A DNA stretch of 62,261 bases from the NCBI GenBank assembly GCA_035632955.1, contig DASQFU010000032.1:1-62261 (forward strand). Reading direction: 5' to 3'. The notes beneath the pieces are model-generated. The model was not told where the DNA came from. It ran no database searches and saw nothing but the letters and a program-made list of their open reading frames with translations. Every line of letters starts with the position of its first letter. The first letter of the stretch is position 1. The DNA comes from Candidatus Limnocylindria bacterium. Lineage in GTDB: Bacteria; Eisenbacteria; RBG-16-71-46. This document shows positions 38,860-48,531 of the stretch, piece by piece. Position numbers and translations under genes: made by a program.

Positions 38860-39142
38860 TCGTATCCCCCTGGCGCCATGCAAAACGCATCCGAACGCAC
38901 AACTCCCGACCCGCGTGGGTCGTCGGGTCGTGAAACGGTCGCGGACGGAGGCGCTTCGACTTGAAGATTCGTTACGCCGGCTGGCATTCTATCGCGGTTG
39001 CGCGTGACTCCCGGTGATCGAGTTACGTATCATCGCGCGGCGATCTTCCAGCGGCCAAGACGGTCACGTGGAAGCCTCCGCCAACCAGGCGGAGGAACGA
39101 GGATGCCGGCTGGGATGCCGGCGGAGCAAAAGGAGCGTAGTA

Positions 39143-39925
39143 ATGCGTACTGTGTCGAGAGCTGTCTTGGCGACTCTGTTGCTCGCCGGTGTGTTGGCCG
39201 GATGCGCTAGGAAACAAACCGACGAGGCGTTGTATTCGAGCAGCGACAGCCTGCTCGCGTCGGATCCGACGGAGCAGACGTCCGGGGACCTCACACCCCA
39301 GACCGACTATCGGCCTGCGGAGCCGCCTCCGGCCGCGCCCGCCCGTCCCGCTCCGGTTTCCAGGCCGAGGCCTTCTCGCCCGGCGCCCGCGCCGGATCCA
39401 GCGCCTTCGAATCCCGGCGTGACGGTTCCCGCCGGCACGGACCTACAAGTGTCGGTGGACGCGAAGATCTCATCGCAGACCGCTCAGTCGGGCGACACTT
39501 GGACCGGCGTGATCAACGCTCCGGTGGTCGTGGATGGCGAAACCGTCATTCCGGCCGGCAGCACGGTGACCGGCACCGTCACCGGCGCCATGGGAGCGGA
39601 ACGAGGCAGCCGCGCGTTCCTGGTGCTGGCGGTGAGATCGATCGACGTCGGCGGCAAGACCTACTCGGTCTCGGCCGGCACCGACAGCATCATCGCGGGT
39701 TCGACGCGCGCGCGGAACCTGGGCGCGATCGCGGGCGGTGCCGCGGCCGGCGCGCTGATCGGCAAAGCGGTCGGCGGCAGCGGCAAGGGCGCATTGATCG
39801 GCGGCCTGATCGGCGGCGCGGCCGCAACCGGCGCCGTCGCGAAGTCGAAGGGCTATCAGGTCGAGCTCAAGCAAGGCACGGAGCTGACGTTCAACGTCAA
39901 TCGCTCGGTCGCGATTCGATCTTGA
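39143..39925 (+). CDS. Lipoprotein with Pro-rich linker, beta-rich domain and glycine zipper
   Basis: RBS AAGGAG; lipobox LAGC; PAGTDLQV...GDT; AIAGGAAAGALIG...GALIGGLIGG. Confidence 0.85.
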   Translation: MRTVSRAVLATLLLAGVLAGCARKQTDEALYSSSDSLLASDPTEQTSGDLTPQTDYRPAEPPPAAPARPAPVSRPRPSRPAPAPDPAPSNPGVTVPAGTDLQVSVDAKISSQTAQSGDTWTGVINAPVVVDGETVIPAGSTVTGTVTGAMGAERGSRAFLVLAVRSIDVGGKTYSVSAGTDSIIAGSTRARNLGAIAGGAAAGALIGKAVGGSGKGALIGGLIGGAAATGAVAKSKGYQVELKQGTELTFNVNRSVAIRS

Positions 39926-39955
39926 TGATGTAGGGCTCGGGATCCAGTGATCTCC

Positions 39956-39995
39956 CCGAGGGCGGAGGCGATCGGCCTCCGCTCTCGGTTTTTTT
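39956..39995 (+). terminator. Intrinsic terminator
   Basis: 14-bp stem CCGAGGGCGGAGGC/GCCTCCGCTCTCGG followed by T7. Confidence 0.92.
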
Positions 39996-40150
39996 GCGCG
40001 CCTGGCTCGGACTCGGGACGCGCCTGCACAGAGTGTCCCTGTCCCGCGACGACCTTGACGACGTCTCCGTGTGAACGCCGGAGTACACGGCGCGGCCGAT
40101 CCGGTAAAGGAGCTCCCAAGCGGGGTAACGGCTTGGCGGTCCCGGCTGCG

Positions 40151-40166
40151 TGGCACGACGCCTGCA
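40151..40166 (+). promoter_or_regulatory. Candidate sigma54 promoter of the 40244 lipoprotein gene
   Basis: TGGCACG-ACGC-CTGCA, near-consensus, after a strong terminator and 78 nt before the ATG. Confidence 0.65.
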
Positions 40167-40243
40167 GCGCGCGATGGCGGCCTTTGTCCCGCCCTTCGCC
40201 CTAGGGCCCGCGCCAGTCCCTGGCGCCGTTTGGAGGAACGCTC

Positions 40244-41176
40244 ATGCATTCGCCGAATCGACTGACCCTGATCCTGCTCCTCGTGCTCGGCTTCCTCGCC
40301 GGCTGCAGCCCGAGCGGCGACCCTCTCTCACCCGGCGAGCCGGACGGCTCGGGCAGCGACCAGACCGAGGTCCAGGACGAGATCGCGCGCCATCCCGACA
40401 TGGTCGAGGACGGTGTGTACGAGAGCGAAGGAACGATCTGGTTGGGAACCGTAACGCCCCAGGGCTCCCTCGCCGCGATCACGCCGCTCACCTATTGGCG
40501 CAAGATCACGAGCGTGGACCGGCGCCTCGAGGTCGTCTTCAGCGATCCCGACTCGAGCGATCGCCCGACCACGGCGACGGTCACCGTTCACAAGCGCCTC
40601 CACGGCAGCTTCAACATTCTGACGGGCGACGTCCCCGAGGACAGCGTGCGCAGCGTCGTGCGCAAACGATTGAACGATCATTGGGTGCGGCGTGTCCTGC
40701 TGAAGCGCATCTGGTCGGAGGACGCGAGCGACCGCAACCGGTGGCGCTGGCGGTGGCGCGTGGCGGCGATCACCGGCGTTCAGGTCACTGCGCACGAGGC
40801 GCAGACTCGGATCGTCAGCCTCGAGGTTCAGGCGGGGGTCATGGACACGACGATCACCGATCCGCTGGTGTTCTTCCGGCTGCGCCGCATCCTCCAGCTC
40901 GAGCCTGAGACGGAAGTGACGCTGACCGTGACCACGCTGCGAAACGACGACGTCGTCGTGCTCCATCATCGGGACCGGCGGTTCCGCTTCCACAACAACG
41001 GCGACAACACGTACAGCGGAGTGTGGCGCGTGGGCGCGGTGGCGGGGCTCCGGCACGTGGGGGTGAACGCGCTCTCGCACGGGACGCTGTACGACGATCA
41101 GGAGCGGTACGATTCGCAGTCCTGGATCCTGCCGTACCTGGTGCGCCCGAACCAGCTCGCGGAGTACGCGGACTGA
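40244..41176 (+). CDS. Hypothetical lipoprotein
   Basis: RBS GGAGG; lipobox LAGC; beta-rich body; no family recognised. Confidence 0.8.
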   Translation: MHSPNRLTLILLLVLGFLAGCSPSGDPLSPGEPDGSGSDQTEVQDEIARHPDMVEDGVYESEGTIWLGTVTPQGSLAAITPLTYWRKITSVDRRLEVVFSDPDSSDRPTTATVTVHKRLHGSFNILTGDVPEDSVRSVVRKRLNDHWVRRVLLKRIWSEDASDRNRWRWRWRVAAITGVQVTAHEAQTRIVSLEVQAGVMDTTITDPLVFFRLRRILQLEPETEVTLTVTTLRNDDVVVLHHRDRRFRFHNNGDNTYSGVWRVGAVAGLRHVGVNALSHGTLYDDQERYDSQSWILPYLVRPNQLAEYAD

Positions 41177-41188
41177 CGTTCTAACGAT

Positions 41189-41234
41189 GCGCTGCGGGCC
41201 GCCGGTCCGGAACGCCGGCGGCCCGCGGCGTTTC
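41189..41234. terminator. GC-rich hairpin between convergent genes
   Basis: Stem GCGGGCCGCCGG/CCGGCGGCCCGC. Confidence 0.7.
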
Positions 41235-41240
41235 AGCGCC

Positions 41241-41756
41241 TCACTCGGGCTCGTCGTCTTTCGGCGCCGATTTGCGGCGGCTGAACAGCTCGGCCCACTC
41301 CTCGAGCTCTTTCCTCGTCAGCGTGGTTGGCTTCTCGCTTTGATCCTCGGATTCCGCCTGCGACGGGAGCAAGCTCGCCAGGAACAGGTCGGAGATCGCG
41401 ATGTCGGCGCCCATGGCGCGAGCGTGACGCGCGACTTCGAGGTCGGACGTCACCACGGTCAGCCGCTCCACCCGCTCGATCTGGTCTTCGACCAAATCGC
41501 GGATCAGATCGTCGGCCTTGGCCGGAGGGCGTGCGTAGCGGACCGCCACCCGGCCGGAGGGTTCATCGTGGCTAACGTCGTTCGCACCATCGAACACGAC
41601 GACGAAGCGTGAATCTCCCGGCCCGACCGCCCAGGACAGGAGGTTCACGAGCTTCTCGCGAGATTCGCGCAGGGTCCGCGACGGCCCAGGCTTGAGATGG
41701 GGCGAGCGCAAGATCAGGTTGTAGCCATCGATGACGATCAGCCGTTCGAGCGCCAT
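41241..41756 (-). CDS. YacP/Rae1-like NYN domain nuclease
   Basis: IVIDGYNL, VVVFDG, ADDLI, VVTSD. Confidence 0.88.
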   Translation of the reverse strand: MALERLIVIDGYNLILRSPHLKPGPSRTLRESREKLVNLLSWAVGPGDSRFVVVFDGANDVSHDEPSGRVAVRYARPPAKADDLIRDLVEDQIERVERLTVVTSDLEVARHARAMGADIAISDLFLASLLPSQAESEDQSEKPTTLTRKELEEWAELFSRRKSAPKDDEPE

Positions 41757-41864
41757 GTTTGCCTCACTTCGTTCGCCCGACTGATCACACCCGGCCAATC
41801 CCAACGTCGCGCGGCGCGCCGGGAGTCCAGCGCGCCGCGGAGCTGGTCACGATGGCAGCCCGCC

Positions 41865-43136
41865 CTACTGTCTTCCGCCCCGCGCCGTGTGAACGATCGT
41901 GCCGAGATCTCCGACCGCCCAACCGCGCAACGCGTCCACGAAGAACACGTCGTTGAGCTGGACGCTGGCATGCGAGATCTGCGGGTCCCACGTCAAGCCG
42001 CCGTCGTCGGTGCGCAGCACCGACCCTTGTCCGCTGTTCGAGCCGACCGCGTAGCCGATCAGGTCGGTCGGATAGTACACGCCCTGGAGCTGGAACTGAG
42101 CTCCGGCGTTGCGTAGCTCCCAGCGCGTGGTGTCCGGCTGGCTCGTCCGCGGTGTGACCCCCTGCTGCCCGACCGCCCATGCGAGCGGCTCACTTCTCCG
42201 GAACACCGAGCGCAGGGGTTGAGAGGTCAGCGCCGGCAGCATGACGAACCAGCTCAAACCGCGATCGTGGGTGCCGAGAATGACGCCGCCGTCGCCCACG
42301 GCCCAGCCATCGCGCGTGCCGGTGAACGAGACGCTGTTGAGGTTGTTTGCGGTCGGATTGACCTTTTGCCAGGAAGCGCCCCGGTTGAACGTGTGCAAAA
42401 TGACGCCATTGGTCCCGACCGCCCAGCCGGTGTCTGGAGACGCGAACGTGACGTCGCGCAGCGTCTCGCCCGTGTTCACCTGCGAGTTGTTGAGCCGCGT
42501 CCAGGTGGATCCGCTGTTTACCGTCTTGAGCACGGTGCCGTTGGCGCCGACCGCCCAGCCTTCGAAATCGCTCGTGAACCAGACAGCGTTCAGCACGAAC
42601 GCCGTGTTGCTGACCTGTCGCTCCCAGACCGCGCCGGCGTCGTCGGTGTGAACGACCGTGCCTCCGGCGCCGACCGCCCAGCCACGCCGGCCATCAGGCC
42701 GGAAGAACACGCCGTTCAAGTCGGCGTTGTTGGCGTCGCTGTCCTGGGAGAACCAGCCCGTGTCCGGGAACACGCTCACGATCGACGAGTCGCTGAATCC
42801 GCCGGCACTCGCGAGCACCCAAGCGCTGCCCTCGCCGACGGCTCGCACGCGCCCCGCCGTGACGGTGATGATGCCCGGGTCGCTGGTGCGCCACTGGAAC
42901 GTGGCGTTCTGCACGGCCACGCCACTCGTGTCGAACGCGACCGCGGTGAACAGGCGCGTCTGCCCGATCTGGAGCGTGTCCGTGAACGGAGTCAAGGTGA
43001 CGGCGCTCAGGGGCGGCAGAACCGGCGCGACCAGATTTGTGCTGGAACAGCCAGACATGGAAAGCGCGAGCCAGGCGCCGAGCGCGCCCAGGAAGGCGAC
43101 GATTCGTGGCGGGCGATTCGGGTTCGGTGAGCTCAT
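41865..43136 (-). CDS. Lipoprotein with Ig-like domain and Ycf48/BNR-like beta-propeller
   Basis: Lipobox MSGC; Big_2-like W.TSDP..ITV; about six repeats of LxxVxF...GWAVG..GxILxTxDxGxxW. Confidence 0.88.
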   Translation of the reverse strand: MSSPNPNRPPRIVAFLGALGAWLALSMSGCSSTNLVAPVLPPLSAVTLTPFTDTLQIGQTRLFTAVAFDTSGVAVQNATFQWRTSDPGIITVTAGRVRAVGEGSAWVLASAGGFSDSSIVSVFPDTGWFSQDSDANNADLNGVFFRPDGRRGWAVGAGGTVVHTDDAGAVWERQVSNTAFVLNAVWFTSDFEGWAVGANGTVLKTVNSGSTWTRLNNSQVNTGETLRDVTFASPDTGWAVGTNGVILHTFNRGASWQKVNPTANNLNSVSFTGTRDGWAVGDGGVILGTHDRGLSWFVMLPALTSQPLRSVFRRSEPLAWAVGQQGVTPRTSQPDTTRWELRNAGAQFQLQGVYYPTDLIGYAVGSNSGQGSVLRTDDGGLTWDPQISHASVQLNDVFFVDALRGWAVGDLGTIVHTARGGRQ

Positions 43137-43425
43137 GGGCACCAATGGTAGCGAAGTGTTCTCGCGCCCGCCATTCGGGCACGGTTGGAGACGGCCAGGG
43201 CCGGAGACGGCTTGCAAGAGCGAGGCCCGACATCCGCCATTGCCAGATGGTCACTTAGCGGGCTCCCCAAACGCGATCCGGCGCAGGATTGCGCGGCCAT
43301 GTGACGCCTTTTCAGCGGTGGGCAACGCAGGGCCCCGGGCTTGTCTGGCCGCGACAGGTGCCGTAACGTGCCGCCCCCGCGGCGCCGGCCCTCCGCGCCG
43401 CCTCCGACCACCTGGACCCGCCCTC

Positions 43426-44370
43426 ATGCTCGAGGTTCTCGACGTCACGAAGTCGTACGAGGGGCGCGCGGTTGTCCATCGGGTCTCGTTCCAGGTGGAG
43501 ACGGGAGAGGTATTCGCCTTGCTCGGTCCGAACGGAGCGGGCAAGACAACCCTGATCCGGATGATCACGGACATCCTGCGGCCGGATTCGGGGGCGATCC
43601 GCCTCGACGGACAGCCGATCGACCGGCGCTTCCAGCAACGCATCGCGTACCTGCCGGAAGAGCGCGGGCTCTACCGCCGGTCCAAGGTCATCGAAGTGCT
43701 CGCGTACTTCGGAGAGCTGAAAGGCCTCACGTCCTCCGAGGCGCGCCGCGAAGGCCTTGCCCTGCTCGAGCGAGTCGAGCTGCGCGAGTGGGCCGACCAC
43801 CAGGTCCAGGCGCTCTCGAAGGGGATGCAGCAGAAGGTTCAGCTGTGCACGGCGCTGATCGGCCGGCCGCGGCTGCTGATCCTGGACGAGCCGTTCAGCG
43901 GCCTGGATCCGCTGAACGTCGAGCTGTTCGAGGAACTGCTGCAGGAGCGGCGCGCCGCCGGCAGCACGGTGCTGCTCTCCACCCACCAGATGAACAAAGT
44001 CGAGGAAGTGTGCGACCGCGCGCTGATGATCAATCGCGGCCACATGGTCCTCTACGGATCCGTGCGCGAGATCCGGCGGCGCCACGCGGACCATGCCGTG
44101 GTGGTGCGGACGGAGAGCCCGATCGCGGACATCCCCGGCGTGAAGTCGATCGCGGCCGTGAACGGCGTTCACAAGCTCACGCTCGAGCCGGACGCGACGC
44201 CCCAAGCCGTGCTGCGGGCGCTTCTGGCGCGCGACGTCGCCATCGAGTCGTTCGCGCTCGCCAGCCTGCCGCTGGAAGACATCTTCGTCAAAGTCGTGCG
44301 CGAGGGCCTCGGGCTCGACCACGGCCTGAGCGGCCCTCCGACCTTGGACGAGCCCGCGGCGGTCCGATGA
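43426..44370 (+). CDS. ABC transporter ATP-binding protein (NatA/YhaQ-like)
   Basis: GPNGAGKT, YLPEERGLY, LSKGMQQK, LILDEPFSGLDP, STH. Confidence 0.95.
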   Translation: MLEVLDVTKSYEGRAVVHRVSFQVETGEVFALLGPNGAGKTTLIRMITDILRPDSGAIRLDGQPIDRRFQQRIAYLPEERGLYRRSKVIEVLAYFGELKGLTSSEARREGLALLERVELREWADHQVQALSKGMQQKVQLCTALIGRPRLLILDEPFSGLDPLNVELFEELLQERRAAGSTVLLSTHQMNKVEEVCDRALMINRGHMVLYGSVREIRRRHADHAVVVRTESPIADIPGVKSIAAVNGVHKLTLEPDATPQAVLRALLARDVAIESFALASLPLEDIFVKVVREGLGLDHGLSGPPTLDEPAAVR

Positions 44371-45683
44371 TCCGTTCGTGGCCGCGTGTCGGGGTGGTTG
44401 CGCGCCGGGAGCTCCTGACCACGGTGCGCCGCAAGGCGTTCATCCTGACCGTGCTCGGGACTCCGGCGTACTTCGTGTTCGTGATGTGGCTCTCGGCCTC
44501 GGCGGAGATGAAGGAGCGGCGTCAGGTTCTGAAGGAGCTCGACGCGATCGCCTTGGTCGATTCGTCGGGACTCTACGCGCAGGCGTCGGGGGAGATGCTC
44601 ACCGAGCTGCGCGCCGACCAGAGCCCGTTCGCCCGCTCCGGCGGACCCGCGGCCGCGATCGATGCGTTCCCGGCCCAGTCCTTCCGCACCGAGGTTCGCT
44701 CCTATCCCGACCTCGCGCGCGCCGAGGCGGCGCTGCGCGCGAAGCAGGTGAGTCAGGTGCTGGTGGTGCCCGCCGACTATCTCCACACCGGGCAAGTCCG
44801 CCGCTACGCGCGCTCGAGCAGCCTGTTCTCGTCCGCGGATCGTCGGGCGATCTCCGCGTGGCTGGCGCGCAACCTGATCGCGGGCCGAGTCGACTCGTTG
44901 CTGGCGGCGCGCGCCGCGCGGCCGGCCGAGAACGAAGTCCTCTACACGTTGAATGCGCGCGGACAGTTCGAGCTCAAGGACGAAAATCGCGAGCTGGTGG
45001 ACTTCATGCTGCCGCTTATGTTCACGGTGCTGCTCGGCCTCTCGATCACGCTCGGCGGGCAATATCTGCTCCAGGGCGTCGCCGAAGAAAAGGAATCGCG
45101 GATCCTGGAGTCGTTGCTGTGCACCATGAGCCCGGAGGAGCTGATGGCGGGTAAGCTCGTCGGACTCGGGGCGGCCGGGTTGCTCGTGGTCGCGATCTGG
45201 GTCGGCATGGGCCTGCTGTTCGTCGGGCCCACGCTGGCGATGATGCAGGTCGAGATCCCGGCTGGACTGCTGGCGCTGGCGCTCGTCTATTTCGTCCTCG
45301 GGTACCTGTTCTTCGGCAGCCTGATGATCGGCATAGGCGCGGTCACGAACCACATGCGCGAAGCCCAGCAGTTCGCGGTCTGGTTCACGTTCGCGAACTT
45401 CGTCCCCTTGATTCTGATCACCAGCATTCTCGGGCGGCCGAACTCGCCCCTCGCGGTGTTGCTCTCGCTCCTGCCCCCGACCGCGCCGACGACGATGATG
45501 ATGCGAATGACGGCGCCCTCCGCCTCGGTGCCCCCGGCCCAGATCGTCCTGTCGCTGGCGCTGCTCGCTGCCACCGCCCTGCTCGCCCTGCTCGGCGCGG
45601 CCCGGGTGTTTCGGATCGGGCTCCTCATGTACGGCAAGACGCCGAGCCTGCCCGAGATCCTGCGTTGGGCCAGGCGGGGTTAG
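44367..45683 (+). CDS. ABC-2 type permease (NatB/YhaP-like)
   Basis: ATGA overlap; VARRELL...RRKAF, GVAEEKESRILE, LMAGKLVG; six TM helices. Confidence 0.92.
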   Translation: MIRSWPRVGVVARRELLTTVRRKAFILTVLGTPAYFVFVMWLSASAEMKERRQVLKELDAIALVDSSGLYAQASGEMLTELRADQSPFARSGGPAAAIDAFPAQSFRTEVRSYPDLARAEAALRAKQVSQVLVVPADYLHTGQVRRYARSSSLFSSADRRAISAWLARNLIAGRVDSLLAARAARPAENEVLYTLNARGQFELKDENRELVDFMLPLMFTVLLGLSITLGGQYLLQGVAEEKESRILESLLCTMSPEELMAGKLVGLGAAGLLVVAIWVGMGLLFVGPTLAMMQVEIPAGLLALALVYFVLGYLFFGSLMIGIGAVTNHMREAQQFAVWFTFANFVPLILITSILGRPNSPLAVLLSLLPPTAPTTMMMRMTAPSASVPPAQIVLSLALLAATALLALLGAARVFRIGLLMYGKTPSLPEILRWARRG

Positions 45684-45870
45684 AGCGGCCCGGTCAGCCG
45701 CGGCCAATCTCCGCCTGCCGTTGCAGATTGCCGACAGTTCTTCGGCTTGACGCCCGGCCAGCCGGGGCCGGAAAAAGGCCTTGGCAGGACGGTCGACGAG
45801 GAGCGACAATCACTTAGCAGGTCAAGGCCAGTCCGTCCGCACTGGGGAACGGGACTTGCTCGACTTGCAG

Positions 45871-46085
45871 TGCGGCGTTGGACCTGAGATCCGACGCCCC
45901 AAGCGGTTCAAGAGCCTCACGGCGTCTCGTAAAGACATGGGTCCGAGAGACCCCGGCCGCCGGCGAGGGTGGAAGCTGAAAGATCAGGCGACAAGAGCCT
46001 GGGTCGTCGCTTCTCTCTTGAATGGCGGGCGTATCGTCCGCCAGAAACGGGATCGCCCGGTCCACGGACCGGGCGCTTTCGTTTT
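45871..46085 (+). ncRNA. Candidate structured small RNA, family unrecognised
   Basis: No credible ORF; several nested hairpins closed by TTCAAGAG/CTCTTGAA; ends in a plus-strand terminator. Confidence 0.35.
46054..46085 (+). terminator. Intrinsic terminator
   Basis: Stem CGCCCGGTC/GACCGGGCG, loop CACG, followed by CTTTCGTTTT. Confidence 0.7.
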
Positions 46086-46122
46086 CCGGGCAATCCCGCT
46101 TCCTGCCTCCTCCGCCGAGCCT

Positions 46123-46451
46123 CTAATGGCTCCCGGCCGTCGTGTCGGGAGTAGCGCCTGGCGGGTTGCGCGGGGCATCCCACGGCGGCGGTGGCGGGAA
46201 GACGAGCGCGGCCCCGGTCGCGGTCGACCCGGGGGCAACGCGTCCGGAATCTTGTGGCTCACGGCGGGCAGGGTTCTTCAAGTAGGCGGCGATGGCGTTC
46301 GCATCCTCGTCCGTCAGGTGCGAGTACGAAGGCCAGGGCATCGGCGGCAGGAGCTGCGAGCCGCCTCGGCGGGCGGCGGCTTCGCGGCCGTGCACGAGAG
46401 CACCACGGCCACCAGGACCATCCCGCTGCCGGCGACGGCTGTCCATCGCAT
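46123..46451 (-). pseudogene. Cytochrome c lipoprotein pseudogene (internal deletion plus frameshifts)
   Basis: Frame 1 MRWTAVAGSGMVLVAVVLSC; frame 2 SQLLPPMPWPSYSHLTDEDANAIAAYLK; frame 3 LPAVSHKIPDALPPG; back to TGAALVFPPPPPWDAPR; no CxxCH. Confidence 0.7.
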
Positions 46452-46636
46452 CCAGTTCGGTTCTCCGCAATCATGGGGTCGGCCTGCTGAGCGGCGACAA
46501 GTTGAGAAGCGTGAGGCCGCTTGTCAATGCTCCGGAACCACGACGGCGCGTTGCGAGCGCGGCGTGATTCTCCGAAACGTGCCGCGCCCACCGCGCCTTG
46601 CGCGGACCGAGGCGAGGGCTCACAATCGCCGGCCCT

Positions 46637-48415
46637 ATGCGACAGCTCCGGCTGGGCCTGGCTCAGCTCAACGCGACGGTCGGAGACCTCGACGGCAACT
46701 TCCAGCGCGTCGTGGAGAACATCGAGCGCGCCCGCGAGCTCGGTGTCGAGCTGATCGCGTTCCCCGAGATGGTCATCACGGGCTATCCGCCCGAAGACCT
46801 GCTGCTCAAGCCGTCGTTCATCGAGCGCGCCGTCTCGCGCACCCGCGATCTGCTACCGCACACGCGTGGCCTGACGGTCGTGGTCGGCACCGTGGAGCGC
46901 GACGTGGATCTCTTCAACGCCGCCGCGGTGCTGCATGACGGTCAGTGGATCGGGACCTACCGCAAGCGCTATCTGCCGAACTATGGCGTGTTCGACGAGA
47001 ACCGCTACTTCATGCCGGCCACCCAGACCCCGGTGTTCGTGCGCGACGGCACGGTGATCGGAGTCAACATCTGCGAGGACATCTGGTATCCGGGCGGCCC
47101 CGTCGAGGAGCAGGTGATCCGGGGCGGCGCGGAAGTCATCCTCAACCTCTCGGCCTCGCCGTATCACGCGGGCAAGGCGCAAGGCCGCCGGCGCATGCTG
47201 TGCACGCGTGCCGCCGACAACATCGCGATCGTCTGCTACGTGAACCTGGTCGGCGGGCAGGACGAGATCGTCTTCGACGGGGGCAGTCTCGTCGTCGACG
47301 AGCAGGGGCAGGTTCTCGCCGAGAGCGACATGTTTTCCGAGGATCTGCTGGTCGCCGACGTCGAGTTGAACGGCGTCTTCAGCACGCGCCTCCACGACCC
47401 GCGCCTGCGCAAGGAGCGCGCACTGGGCGGCGGCGAGCCGATCGCCCGCGTCGACCTGCCGCCATTCGCGGCCGTGGATACGAACGCCGCGAGCGACGCG
47501 GGCGGCGGCATGGCGACCGCGGTCTCGACCAAGCCCGCACTCGATAGGCGGATCGCGATCCGGCGCGAGCTGGTAGCCGAAGTCTACGACGCCCTGGTGC
47601 TCGGGACTCGCGACTACGTGCGCAAGAATGGCTTCTCGTCCGTGGTCCTCGGCCTCTCCGGGGGCGTGGATTCGGCGTTGTGCGCGTGCCTCGCCGCCGA
47701 TGCGCTCGGCCCGGCGCACGTCGTCGGCGTCTCGATGCCGTCCGAGTTCACGTCGGGGGCCTCCAAGGAGGATGCCGAGTCGTTGGCGAGGGCGCTCGGA
47801 TTCCGCTTCTACGCGATCCCGATCCAGGACGTTTTCGAAGCCTACCGGCGTGCGCTGCAACCTGCATTCGTGAACCGCGAGGCGGACACCACCGAGGAGA
47901 ACTTGCAGGCTCGTATCCGCGGCAACTACCTGATGGCGCTGTCGAACAAGTTCGGCTGGCTGGTGCTCGCGACCGGCAACAAGAGCGAAGTCTCGGTCGG
48001 CTACAGCACGCTGTACGGAGATCTGGCCGGCGGATTCGCGGTGCTCAAGGACGTGTACAAGACGATGGTCTATCGGCTCGCCCAGTATCGGAACCGCATC
48101 GGCGGCACGACGCCGATCCCCGAGCGGACCTTGACGCGGCCGCCGAGCGCCGAGCTCAAGCCCGATCAGACCGACCAGGACTCCCTCCCGCCCTACGACG
48201 TCCTCGATCCCGTGCTGAGGTTCTACGTGGAGGAGGACCGCTCCGCCCACGAGATCGCCGCACTCGGCTACGACGAATCGCTGGTCCGGCGCATCGTCCA
48301 CCTGGTGGACCGCGCCGAGTACAAGCGGCGCCAAAGCCCCCCCGGGATCAAGATCACGCCGCGCGCGTTCGGCAAGGACCGACGGCTCCCGATCACGAAC
48401 CGCTGGGAGGGGTGA
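46637..48415 (+). CDS. nadE: Glutamine-dependent NAD+ synthetase
   Basis: LAQLNATVGD, FPEM..TGYPPEDLL, YRKRYLPNYGVFDE.RYF, ICEDIW, GLSGGVDS, NLQARIRG, TGNKSE, SAEL. Confidence 0.96.
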   Translation: MRQLRLGLAQLNATVGDLDGNFQRVVENIERARELGVELIAFPEMVITGYPPEDLLLKPSFIERAVSRTRDLLPHTRGLTVVVGTVERDVDLFNAAAVLHDGQWIGTYRKRYLPNYGVFDENRYFMPATQTPVFVRDGTVIGVNICEDIWYPGGPVEEQVIRGGAEVILNLSASPYHAGKAQGRRRMLCTRAADNIAIVCYVNLVGGQDEIVFDGGSLVVDEQGQVLAESDMFSEDLLVADVELNGVFSTRLHDPRLRKERALGGGEPIARVDLPPFAAVDTNAASDAGGGMATAVSTKPALDRRIAIRRELVAEVYDALVLGTRDYVRKNGFSSVVLGLSGGVDSALCACLAADALGPAHVVGVSMPSEFTSGASKEDAESLARALGFRFYAIPIQDVFEAYRRALQPAFVNREADTTEENLQARIRGNYLMALSNKFGWLVLATGNKSEVSVGYSTLYGDLAGGFAVLKDVYKTMVYRLAQYRNRIGGTTPIPERTLTRPPSAELKPDQTDQDSLPPYDVLDPVLRFYVEEDRSAHEIAALGYDESLVRRIVHLVDRAEYKRRQSPPGIKITPRAFGKDRRLPITNRWEG

Positions 48416-48480
48416 CGCGCGCCCGCCTCGGGCAGCCACCGCGGGCCGAGACGTGCGGCCGCCAGCTGCTCCGCAAACGA

Positions 48481-48508
48481 GAAGCGGGCCCGTGACGGAG
48501 CCCGCTTC
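48481..48508. terminator. Hairpin between convergent genes
   Basis: Stem GAAGCGGGC/GCCCGCTTC. Confidence 0.7.
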
Positions 48509-48531
48509 GTCGTCGCAATGGACTGGTTGGA

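Noticed and set aside
39100-39125. GGATGCCGGC direct repeat upstream of the 39143 lipoprotein
   Set aside because: Only two GC-rich copies and no supporting promoter geometry.
41865-42800. Periodic similarity in the DNA
   Set aside because: Explained by the protein's beta-propeller blades.
45869-45900. GTGCG start suggesting a group II intron, and a CTGAGAT..CAAGCGG likeness to E. coli 6S RNA
   Set aside because: There is no domain V/VI or RT ORF, and a 6S-type rod with a central bubble could not be built; kept only as an unassigned RNA candidate.
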